Assembly (NCBI GenBank): GCA_964538435.1
Contig: CAZIDX010000001.1
Coordinates: forward strand, 393 to 64,392
Direction of reading: 5' to 3'
DNA: 64,000 nt
DNA from: an uncultured Gammaproteobacteria bacterium
GTDB taxonomy: Bacteria; Patescibacteriota; Patescibacteriia; UBA9934; GWF2-40-263
Position numbers and translations under genes: made by a program. The number at the start of each line of letters is the position of its first letter. Within the stretch, counting starts at the first letter, position 1. Shown here one piece after another: positions 31,586 through 39,437 of the stretch. A model generated the notes under the pieces. It searched no databases. It saw only the letters and a list, made by a program, of their open reading frames with translations, and was not told where the DNA came from.

Positions 31586-32805
31586 CGACCTCCTTCTTCG
31601 ATGCTCATGTCCAGACCCAGGTCACGGGCGGTCTGCACCGTGAGGAGCTGGATCATGTCCGTGGCCGCGGAGCCAGACACGGTGGGGTCACCACCCATCA
31701 TGACTTCCGGCACCCAGCGCTGCTTGCCGATCTCGGCAGCGTACAGACCGTTGACCTGGACCCACGCTGCGAGCTTCTGCTCGAGCGCGCCGTCGGCCTT
31801 CATGGTCAGACGCTTGCGCTCGGCATCGCCTTCACCGCGCAAGATCTGCTCGGCCTTGTAGAACTCGGCTGCTTCCATCTCGAGCTGCGCGACTTCCTTC
31901 TTCTGCTCGGCCTCGGTGACAGCCTTGGCCTTGAGGACCTCCTGCTGCCACTTGGCACGGGCGGCCTCGGCCTCACCTTGCTTGGCTACGGTCTTGGCCT
32001 GCTGGTCGGCCTTGAGCGCATCCGCGATCGCGGACTGGACTTCCATGGTCGCGTCCTGCTGACGCTGGATCTGCTCCTCGACCTTGGGGTCGTAGTCGAT
32101 GCTGTTGACCGTGAAGTTGAAGGCGCGGATCTGGAACTCGGTCAAGGGAGAGTCTTCCTGGCGCATGTAGCCGCCACTCTCGTTCTCCACGAGTTCCACG
32201 AGGTTGATCACTCGTTCTTCTCCGGTGAGCGAATCCGTCTCCTTCACGCTTCGCGTGCGGGTGCGGTACACACCGTTGCTGACCTGATCACCGACGATCT
32301 GGATCAGCTCGGTGCGTCGGTCCGCGTAGCTCTCCTTGGAGCTCATGAGCGGGCCAGACATGAAGACCGCCTTGTTCACCACCTGTCCGAGCAGGTCTCG
32401 CTCGATCGCGTGCTGCGAACCGTACTTGGTGTGCAGCTTGCGCAGAGCTTCCTCGTTGAGCGGAAGCTCGAAGCGGAGCGAACCTGAGATAGTGGCAGTA
32501 CCACCATCGTTGAAGCGAACAGGGATCGACTGATCCGTGCCGTCGCCAGTCTCAGGGTCCTTGGTGAACCAGTACTGCGAGGACTTCAGGTAGGTCTCGG
32601 TGCCACCCCAACGGGTGAAGTAGAGACCAGGCTCGGTCCAGAAGTGCAGCTCGCCATCGAACGGGTCCTGTTCGATCACGATCTCGTCTGCACCGACGCG
32701 TTCCCACGCCGTGAAGATCGAGATGGTGCCTCCCAGGATCGCCAGTGCGGTGAGGATTCCCACCACAGCCTTGACGACGGAGCCAATCGGGTTTCTGCGT
32801 GCCAT
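31582..32805 (-). CDS. SPFH/band-7 domain protein
   Basis: N-terminal TM; EPGLYF; IPVRFNDGG...ISGSLRF; long AE-rich coiled coil. Confidence 0.85.
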   Translation of the reverse strand: MARRNPIGSVVKAVVGILTALAILGGTISIFTAWERVGADEIVIEQDPFDGELHFWTEPGLYFTRWGGTETYLKSSQYWFTKDPETGDGTDQSIPVRFNDGGTATISGSLRFELPLNEEALRKLHTKYGSQHAIERDLLGQVVNKAVFMSGPLMSSKESYADRRTELIQIVGDQVSNGVYRTRTRSVKETDSLTGEERVINLVELVENESGGYMRQEDSPLTEFQIRAFNFTVNSIDYDPKVEEQIQRQQDATMEVQSAIADALKADQQAKTVAKQGEAEAARAKWQQEVLKAKAVTEAEQKKEVAQLEMEAAEFYKAEQILRGEGDAERKRLTMKADGALEQKLAAWVQVNGLYAAEIGKQRWVPEVMMGGDPTVSGSAATDMIQLLTVQTARDLGLDMSIEEGGR

Positions 32806-32826
32806 CCTTTCTCCCTATGGAAAGGG

Positions 32827-33171
32827 TTAGTGGTCTGTTGACCGGGGTTGCTGCTTGCGGGAACGACTCCCACGAGCAGAAGTTCCAGGAACCCTGCTGC
32901 GCGCACGGTGCGCACGAGCCTGTTCCTGATGGATGTCATCGAGGAGTTCCTCGATCTCGGCTTCCAAGCGCGCGACCTCAGCTTCAGTATGAGCATCAGC
33001 CAGGTCCAGCCTCATCTGCTCGAGACGTTCCTGCGGGGTCAGGGGCTTGGCAGCCCTACGTCGAAGGATCGGAAAGATCCGTTCGTTCCGAAACACGGGG
33101 AGCGTGATCTGTGTCACGACCCCCACCACGAGTAGAACAAATGCCGCGAAAAGCAGGAATTTGATCAGCAT
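32827..33171 (-). CDS. Membrane-anchored coiled-coil protein
   Basis: SD AGGAGG; TM then coiled coil; TTGACA-N17-TAAGTT at 33261. Confidence 0.7.
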   Translation of the reverse strand: MLIKFLLFAAFVLLVVGVVTQITLPVFRNERIFPILRRRAAKPLTPQERLEQMRLDLADAHTEAEVARLEAEIEELLDDIHQEQARAHRARSRVPGTSARGSRSRKQQPRSTDH

Positions 33172-33344
33172 CGTAGCCTCCTGGGCGAGGGGACACAACC
33201 GAAAAACCTGAGGTTCTGAAGGTTTTCGGAAGTGTCGAACTTAGTACTTTAAAAGAAGTTTGTCAAGCCAATTTGACGACCCGCAATCATTGGGGGTAGA
33301 GTTCAATTAGTTAAGAGGGAAGTCATTTCATAGAAAGGTAGGTT

Positions 33345-33574
33345 ATGACTGACCAGAAGGAGTACCTTTCAGTTTCTGAGTTTCAAGCTAGAATAAAAAC
33401 CTACATCGATGAAAGGGGGGGCTAAGCGTAGAACAGGTCGCTGACATTTGCCGAGTTCATGTAGGAACTGCAAACAGGTGGTACAGGGGCGTGACAGCAC
33501 CCATGCCACTATCCAGGGCAATCGCCGTGGACCACGTTGAACATTACCTGGAGAGACGAACTTCTGTCGGCTGA
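33345..33574 (+). pseudogene. XRE-type helix-turn-helix protein frameshifted in a G7 run (33415-33421)
   Basis: SD AAAGG; with G8 or G5 the frame reads ...DERG(G)LSVEQVADICRVHVGTANRWYRGVTAP..., a typical HTH; promoter TTGACG-N18-TAGAGT; terminator at about 33586-33618. Confidence 0.75.
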
Positions 33575-33661
33575 CAGAAGTTACAAATCGGCTTTGCAAC
33601 AAGTCGGTTTTCTTTTTGAAAAGCCAAATAGAAAACCGGTCGTCAGAAGCAAGTGGTGGGG

Positions 33662-33765
33662 AATAGTCAAAAAACCATCATTTGTCAACCAAGGGATACC
33701 ATATAAGGGCCGATCGGACCTTATATGGTATCCCCAAAGAGTATTCAGCCCAATTAGAAAACCCG
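33662..33765. repeat. 104-bp repeat copy B
   Basis: Matches 31115-31218 with two mismatches. Confidence 0.95.
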
Positions 33766-33798
33766 CTAATCTGTTGTAAGACTGCGGGTTCGAGGTGA

Positions 33799-33978
33799 CT
33801 ACGGAGCGTGGAGTTCGTAGTCTTCGGAAAGAGAGGTGGTTTGCTCAGGGGCAGGGCGTTCACCAAGCACCACAGTGATTGCGAGATAAGCCTCGGTCAG
33901 AAGCCATGCTGCAAGAGCGATTCCGATTGCGCTGAGCAGGAGCTCGAGCGCACTCATACGTCGAGATCCGTAACTCAT
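33799..33978 (-). CDS. Short prepilin-like single-TM peptide
   Basis: SD GGAGGA; MSYGSRR|MSALELLLSAIGIALAAWLL with Glu at +5; the canonical Gly at -1 is absent. Confidence 0.55.
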   Translation of the reverse strand: MSYGSRRMSALELLLSAIGIALAAWLLTEAYLAITVVLGERPAPEQTTSLSEDYELHAP

Positions 33979-34025
33979 AGAATCCTCCATGTGGGACCCT
34001 ATTATCGACAACAAAATGAGTGCTG

Positions 34026-34769
34026 TCAAACCCTCATCGAGATATGTGAGCTCGAATCCAGGTTGAGTCGAATGATCTCCCGTACGATGGGTTCAACTTC
34101 AGGGAGCACATGGAACCCCTTGGGAGGAAATCTGCCACCGCGCTCAGTCGTGATGATCGGCTCGATCCGACGCAGGAACGCTCTGTGCTCAGGTGTACAC
34201 AGAATCTCGTTGCCAAGCGGATCAGCCAGAATACCCTTACGAGGCACAAAATGTTCGCTACGCTCGGTGTCCCAAAACAAGATGTCCCAGTGAATCCCAT
34301 CCACCATCACCTTGGGAGCAATGCCCGCAAACTTCATGCCAGCAAAGCGCGCCAGGAACGAAGCCTTGGAGTGTCCTTGGGTGGCCTCAGTGAACGCTTG
34401 GATGCCAGCAGCGCGCAGGAAGTTCATGCGAGCCATGACCAGAGCCTTGATCCCACCCGTGAATCTGCGATCAGGATCCGACATCAGGCGCCCCAGCTCC
34501 CACAGACCGCTCTCAAGCTGGATCAGAGCCACATGCGCACAGATGCGCAACCGCTCGTCCACGATCACCCACGAGAAGATCGTGTTCTCGATCCAGCCAG
34601 TGAGGATCTCAGTCCTCCAGGTCTCCACTTTGTTGAGAGTAGAGTGGGGGAACATGGTCTGCCCAGTCTTGTGATTCGTCCAGACCTTCTGGGTCAAGCC
34701 AGCCAGTTGAGTATCCCAATTCGGGATCAGTGCAGGGATGCGATCCGACATGATGATCTGAAAGTTCAT
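34026..34769 (-). CDS. GNAT-like fold hypothetical protein
   Basis: ICAHVAL...WELGRLMSDP pattern; SD GGAGTG. Confidence 0.6.
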   Translation of the reverse strand: MNFQIIMSDRIPALIPNWDTQLAGLTQKVWTNHKTGQTMFPHSTLNKVETWRTEILTGWIENTIFSWVIVDERLRICAHVALIQLESGLWELGRLMSDPDRRFTGGIKALVMARMNFLRAAGIQAFTEATQGHSKASFLARFAGMKFAGIAPKVMVDGIHWDILFWDTERSEHFVPRKGILADPLGNEILCTPEHRAFLRRIEPIITTERGGRFPPKGFHVLPEVEPIVREIIRLNLDSSSHISMRV

Positions 34770-35092
34770 TTTTCACTCCATCAGATTATTGACATTCAGG
34801 ACAGTGTGCTATCTGGGTGCGTGGGGAAAACGACGCCGGAGGTGTGCAAGGCGCACATCGACAAGTCGTTGGGGCCCCACAAGCCCAGAGAGTGCCTGTG
34901 CGGGATGTCAAACAAAACAACCGGCTTCCGCCGGCGTTTGCTCTTGGGTTGGTTTACAAGATGAACCTAACTCAAACTACGCACAGCGGAATGCAGTGCG
35001 TAATAATATGAGTTGTGAAGTTGATTCATCATGTATCCCCATACTGTCATGGAATGAACGAGTCGTCAATGCTATACTAAAAACAACTTTCT

Positions 35093-36760
35093 ATGTTGGA
35101 GGAACTGTTTTTTGAAATAGGAATCGTCCTCATCATCGCGGCAGCAATCTCGATGCTGGTTTATCGTTTCAAACAGCCCATCATCATTGCCTACATTCTT
35201 ACAGGTGTGATTGTTGGTCCAGGACTTCTTGCGCTCACACATAATCATTCAGTTTTTGACGTCATGTCCGAGATCGGAGTGGCGTTTTTGTTGTTTACCG
35301 TAGGTCTTGGTCTGGACTGGCGCAATGCAAAAGATGTCGGAGGTATCGCTGCGGTTACTGGTGTTGGACAAGTATTGTTCTCAGGTGGGATAGGTTGGGT
35401 TGTTGGTATTGCCCTTGGTCTGGATCCAATCACCAGCCTCTACCTTGCTATTGCGTTTGCCTTCTCCAGCACAATTGTGATTGTAAAGCTCCTCATGGAT
35501 AAAGAGGACCTGGATTCACTCTACGGCCGTATCAGTGTTGGTTTCCTCCTGGTTCAAGACTTTATTGCCATGATCATCTTGCTCGGCCTCGGTGCCTTTA
35601 CTGGCGGAGCTTCACTTGAGCAAGTTGTTGTACTCACGCTTCTTAAAGCATTTATACTGATTCCGGTTCTTTGGGTCATCTCTGTAAAAGTGGTTCCGCA
35701 AGTGCTCTCCTACGTTGCAAAATCCCAAGAGCTCCTATTCATCTTCTCAATCGCCTGGTGCTTCCTCATTGCAGGCCTGCTTGTTCTCCTAGGATTCGGA
35801 ATGGAACTCGGTGCGCTCATTGCAGGTATCACGCTCTCAAGTACAGTCTACTACCGCGAAATTAACGCGCGCATCCGTCCGCTCCGCGATTTCTTCCTCA
35901 TCATGTTCTTTATCGTTCTAGGAACACGGCTGGGAATCGATTCCATTACCTCACTGCTCTTCCCAACAATTATTTTCAGTATTGTCATTCTTGTTGCAAA
36001 GCCGTTCATTGTCATGGTGATCATGCGTGCACTTGGATATCACCCGCGCACAGGCTTCCTCTCGGGAACATCCATGGCACAGATCTCCGAGTTCTCCTTT
36101 ATTGTAATCGCAGCTGGAATCAGCATCGGACATCTTGATGAGTCTGTGCTTGCGCTAGCAACAGCCATCGGAATCGTAACCATTGCCGTAAGCTCATTCT
36201 TAATCGAGCACAACGAACTCTTTTACGAGAAAATCAAATGGGCCATGCGTCCGCTTGAGCCAAAGAAAACACTTGATATCGAGCAGCTTCAGAATCACAA
36301 GCCAACAGACGTACTCATGATTGGTTACCATCGCTCAGGAGCCATGCTCCTACCAACCATTCAAGGTCTGCGCCGCTCATATACAATTGTTGACTTTGAC
36401 CCAATGGTGATCCGTTCGCTTGCAGAAGAGGGACTCCCAGCGATTTATGGCGATGCCGGTGATGAGAACTTTTTGGAGGAAGTAAAAGCTGACCGCGCAC
36501 GTCTGATTGTGTCTACAGTGCCAGATGTTGTTATAAGTACCGCACTTCTCACATATCTCAAATCAAGAAATTACAAAGGAGTAGTTGTTGTGTCTGTTCA
36601 TAAGCGCAGTGATGCAGAAACATGTTACAACCTGGGTGCAACATACGTCATTGTTCCAAGCGTGCTCAGCGGAACAAAGTTCTCAGAAATTCTGTCTGAG
36701 AAAAAGACAGCAAAAAGATCCTGGAGCGCACTTCAAAAAACTATCCTCAGCAGCAAGTAA
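35093..36760 (+). CDS. CPA2 cation:proton antiporter with TrkA-N (KTN) domain
   Basis: KQP.IIAYILTG; FSSTIVIVKLL; LLVQDF; AQISEFS; IGYHRSG; IYGDAG. Confidence 0.92.
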   Translation: MLEELFFEIGIVLIIAAAISMLVYRFKQPIIIAYILTGVIVGPGLLALTHNHSVFDVMSEIGVAFLLFTVGLGLDWRNAKDVGGIAAVTGVGQVLFSGGIGWVVGIALGLDPITSLYLAIAFAFSSTIVIVKLLMDKEDLDSLYGRISVGFLLVQDFIAMIILLGLGAFTGGASLEQVVVLTLLKAFILIPVLWVISVKVVPQVLSYVAKSQELLFIFSIAWCFLIAGLLVLLGFGMELGALIAGITLSSTVYYREINARIRPLRDFFLIMFFIVLGTRLGIDSITSLLFPTIIFSIVILVAKPFIVMVIMRALGYHPRTGFLSGTSMAQISEFSFIVIAAGISIGHLDESVLALATAIGIVTIAVSSFLIEHNELFYEKIKWAMRPLEPKKTLDIEQLQNHKPTDVLMIGYHRSGAMLLPTIQGLRRSYTIVDFDPMVIRSLAEEGLPAIYGDAGDENFLEEVKADRARLIVSTVPDVVISTALLTYLKSRNYKGVVVVSVHKRSDAETCYNLGATYVIVPSVLSGTKFSEILSEKKTAKRSWSALQKTILSSK

Positions 36761-36802
36761 AAATCCTGTCACAGTGGCAGGATTTTTTGATATACTAGTT
36801 TT

Positions 36803-38155
36803 ATGAGACAACACTCAACGGCACGAAAATTTGATAGATCAAGCAGAGCGCCAGATCGCCCTGCTCTTGAGGCTGTACGAAACAACGAGAAACGGGAGAA
36901 CATGAATGTGGGTCATGAGCCAATTGCTGCAAGAAAAGAGCTGGGTTCTGAAAAGCGATTGCCTTTACAGACCAGCAAGCTCAATTGTCCTCGCGAAGGT
37001 ATCTTCATGGTCGCGCAAAGCGAGGATGAGCAAATGGGAGCAATCTCGGCCAGGATCGCTGAAGGAGTTTTTGGAAGCATGCTAGGTAAAAGCTTGGACA
37101 ACGAGATTCAGAATCTGAGCCAGACAGATCAGTCGCAAGACCATCAAGTCCATCTTGTTGATACACATGTAAGGACCAGGCTCAAAGAAGCATTCCTGCG
37201 AGTAAGAGACGAGCTTGATAAGCAGGTGTCGTTTATCGACGGGCTCGAAAGGATGTCTGTAAAAACCACTGCAGCAAAAATGGTCGACCTTCCTGGTGGA
37301 CAAAAAAGAATGTATATAGGTCATGTGGGTGATGCGCGTGCATATCTCGTGCGCGGTGATTCCATCTACCAACTCACAAAAGATCAAACTGGACTCAGGC
37401 AACAGGTTGAGTCAGGATTTCTCACAGAAGATGAGTACGAGCAGATTGATCAGGCTGTAGATCCCTCTGGATTAGACAGGGTGAAGCAGCAAATGTTTGG
37501 TATGCGAGATCAAGCTATCTCCATCACTTCAGGTGCAGAGCATCCTGAGCAAATTATTGCCTATGACGTACATCCCGGTGACAAGATCTTGATTACAAAT
37601 GATGGTCTTCATAAAAATACTCTGCAATCCGAGATAGAAGCGGTTTTTCAGGAAGATGTATTTGATGACGCTGGAGCGGAAAAAGAATTACAACAGATGG
37701 GCGACAACCAAACAGGCACCGCACATCCTCGAGGTCGCTCAGAAGCAAAACCCATTGCAGCAGTCGTGTACTCAGTGCCAGAAGGCAGACGCGAAAAAGC
37801 TGTTCAGCAAGAGGTTGTTTCCGTGCATGAGTTAAAACAAAAAATTCGCATGCATGAACTTGAGGTGCGCAACTACCACATGTTGCGACGCGAAATCGAG
37901 GCGCAGCTAGAAGCCTCAAACGTCCCTGCGCTGAGGCGAGAGGTTCTCGAAAAACAACTTCTCGAAGCACGTCGTCACGAAGCGCTTCACAAGCTCAGAT
38001 GCAGCCAAATGAAACTTGCTTACTTTGATGCTCAGATCCCAACAGACAAACTCAATGACATTGCCGCTGAAGAGCGAAAGCGGCTTGTTCAAACACATGA
38101 GGCTGATCAGATGCGCCTGACAAGAGCAGAAGAGCAGATAGGTATCGAAAAATAG
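36803..38155 (+). CDS. PP2C/PrpC-like phosphatase domain (degenerate) plus coiled coil
   Basis: HVGDARAY; QLTKDQT; GDKILITNDGL. Confidence 0.75.
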   Translation: MRQHSTARKFDRSSRAPDRPALEAVRNNEKRENMNVGHEPIAARKELGSEKRLPLQTSKLNCPREGIFMVAQSEDEQMGAISARIAEGVFGSMLGKSLDNEIQNLSQTDQSQDHQVHLVDTHVRTRLKEAFLRVRDELDKQVSFIDGLERMSVKTTAAKMVDLPGGQKRMYIGHVGDARAYLVRGDSIYQLTKDQTGLRQQVESGFLTEDEYEQIDQAVDPSGLDRVKQQMFGMRDQAISITSGAEHPEQIIAYDVHPGDKILITNDGLHKNTLQSEIEAVFQEDVFDDAGAEKELQQMGDNQTGTAHPRGRSEAKPIAAVVYSVPEGRREKAVQQEVVSVHELKQKIRMHELEVRNYHMLRREIEAQLEASNVPALRREVLEKQLLEARRHEALHKLRCSQMKLAYFDAQIPTDKLNDIAAEERKRLVQTHEADQMRLTRAEEQIGIEK

Positions 38156-38168
38156 GGAAAACAACGTA

Positions 38169-38208
38169 TTGACAGAAATAATTAGCACTCTATAATAGGG
38201 AGTGCTAA
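38169..38208 (+). promoter_or_regulatory. Sigma70 promoter overlapped by a CIRCE operator
   Basis: TTGACA 38169-38174; TATAAT 38191-38196; perfect TTAGCACTC-N9-GAGTGCTAA at 38182-38208. Confidence 0.97.
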
Positions 38209-38217
38209 TTTGTTTAT

Positions 38218-38919
38218 ATGCTTAGCGCAAGAACTGAACTCATTTTAAAGCTCGTAATCGAGGATTACATCAAGACGGCCGAGCCGGTTGGTTCAAAGTA
38301 CTTGGGCGATAGCTACAACATCGGCTGCTCACCAGCCACCATCCGCAATGAAATGGCTTGGCTTGAAAAGGAAGGCTACCTACGGGCGCCGCACACATCA
38401 GCAGGGCGCGAGCCAACAGAGAAGGCCTACGAGTACTACCTCAAGCATCTACGCGACAAACAGTTTGTACTCAAAGGAAAGCCGCTCGCAAACGTTCCGC
38501 AAAAAAACGACGATCGGAAAACCTCTATCAAGAACGTGGCGCGTAGACTCTCAGAAGTTTCAGGAGAGACAGCCATCATCGCCTTTGACCAGCGCTGGAG
38601 CTACTACGTCGGAGTCTCAAATCTTTTTCAAAAACCGGACTTCAGAGAACTTGCGCACATGCATGCACTCTCAGAAACCATCGACCAGTTCGACGAAGTC
38701 ATTCGCAAAATCTATAACACGATCCCAGACGAGCCACAAATCCTCATCGGATCAAGCAATCCGTTCGGAAGCCAAATGGCCGCGATCGTAACCAAATACG
38801 AACTAACCGACCAAGAGCACGGGATCGTAGGAATCGTAGGCCCACTTAGAATGGACTATGAACGCAACCTCGCACTCGTAACGCGAGCAAAAGATCTCAT
38901 TAGCGAACTCTATGCCTAA
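38218..38919 (+). CDS. hrcA: Heat-inducible repressor HrcA (short form)
   Basis: AEPVGSK; SPATIRNEM; PHTSAGR.PT; GIVGPLRMDY; CIRCE upstream. Confidence 0.95.
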   Translation: MLSARTELILKLVIEDYIKTAEPVGSKYLGDSYNIGCSPATIRNEMAWLEKEGYLRAPHTSAGREPTEKAYEYYLKHLRDKQFVLKGKPLANVPQKNDDRKTSIKNVARRLSEVSGETAIIAFDQRWSYYVGVSNLFQKPDFRELAHMHALSETIDQFDEVIRKIYNTIPDEPQILIGSSNPFGSQMAAIVTKYELTDQEHGIVGIVGPLRMDYERNLALVTRAKDLISELYA

Positions 38920-39424
38920 AGAAAAAAAACCAAAAGAAAAAAAAGAGAAAAAGAAAAAACAGCAAGCTCAAGAATGTGAAAAGTGCAAAGAGCACTTAGA
39001 CGGCTGGAAACGAGCAATGGCTGACTACGATAATCTCAAAAAGGACCTCATTAAAGAACGTGAGCAGATCAGAAAGCATGTCAAAGAAGACATGGCACAC
39101 GAAATCATCACTGTGCTAGATAATTTTGACCAAGCTGTAAAGTTTGTTCCAGAGAATCTCGAGCCAGAAGTCAAAAATTGGATCGCAGGCATCACGCATG
39201 TGCGCGGCCAGCTCGAGAGCGTGCTTACAACGCAAGGTATCGAGCCCTCAGGTGAGGTCGGAGAAATATTTGACCCCAACCTGCACGAAGCAATCGGCGA
39301 GCGAACAGAAGACGATAAGCTCGACCAAGAAATTTTAGAGATTCAATTGCGCGGATGGAAACTAGGAGAAAAAATCATCCGTCCAGCAAAAACAATAATC
39401 AATCAATTAACAACTACTGAATAA
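38912..39424 (+). CDS. grpE: Nucleotide exchange factor GrpE
   Basis: [11 protein letters not shown]; FDPNLHEA; IIRPA. Confidence 0.95.
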   Translation: MPKEKKPKEKKEKKKKQQAQECEKCKEHLDGWKRAMADYDNLKKDLIKEREQIRKHVKEDMAHEIITVLDNFDQAVKFVPENLEPEVKNWIAGITHVRGQLESVLTTQGIEPSGEVGEIFDPNLHEAIGERTEDDKLDQEILEIQLRGWKLGEKIIRPAKTIINQLTTTE

Positions 39425-39437
39425 CGTTAAACAAGCT

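Noticed and set aside
28753-34800. Classical integron
   Set aside because: No IntI in the window, palindromes lack attC R-box cores, and cassettes carry their own promoters.
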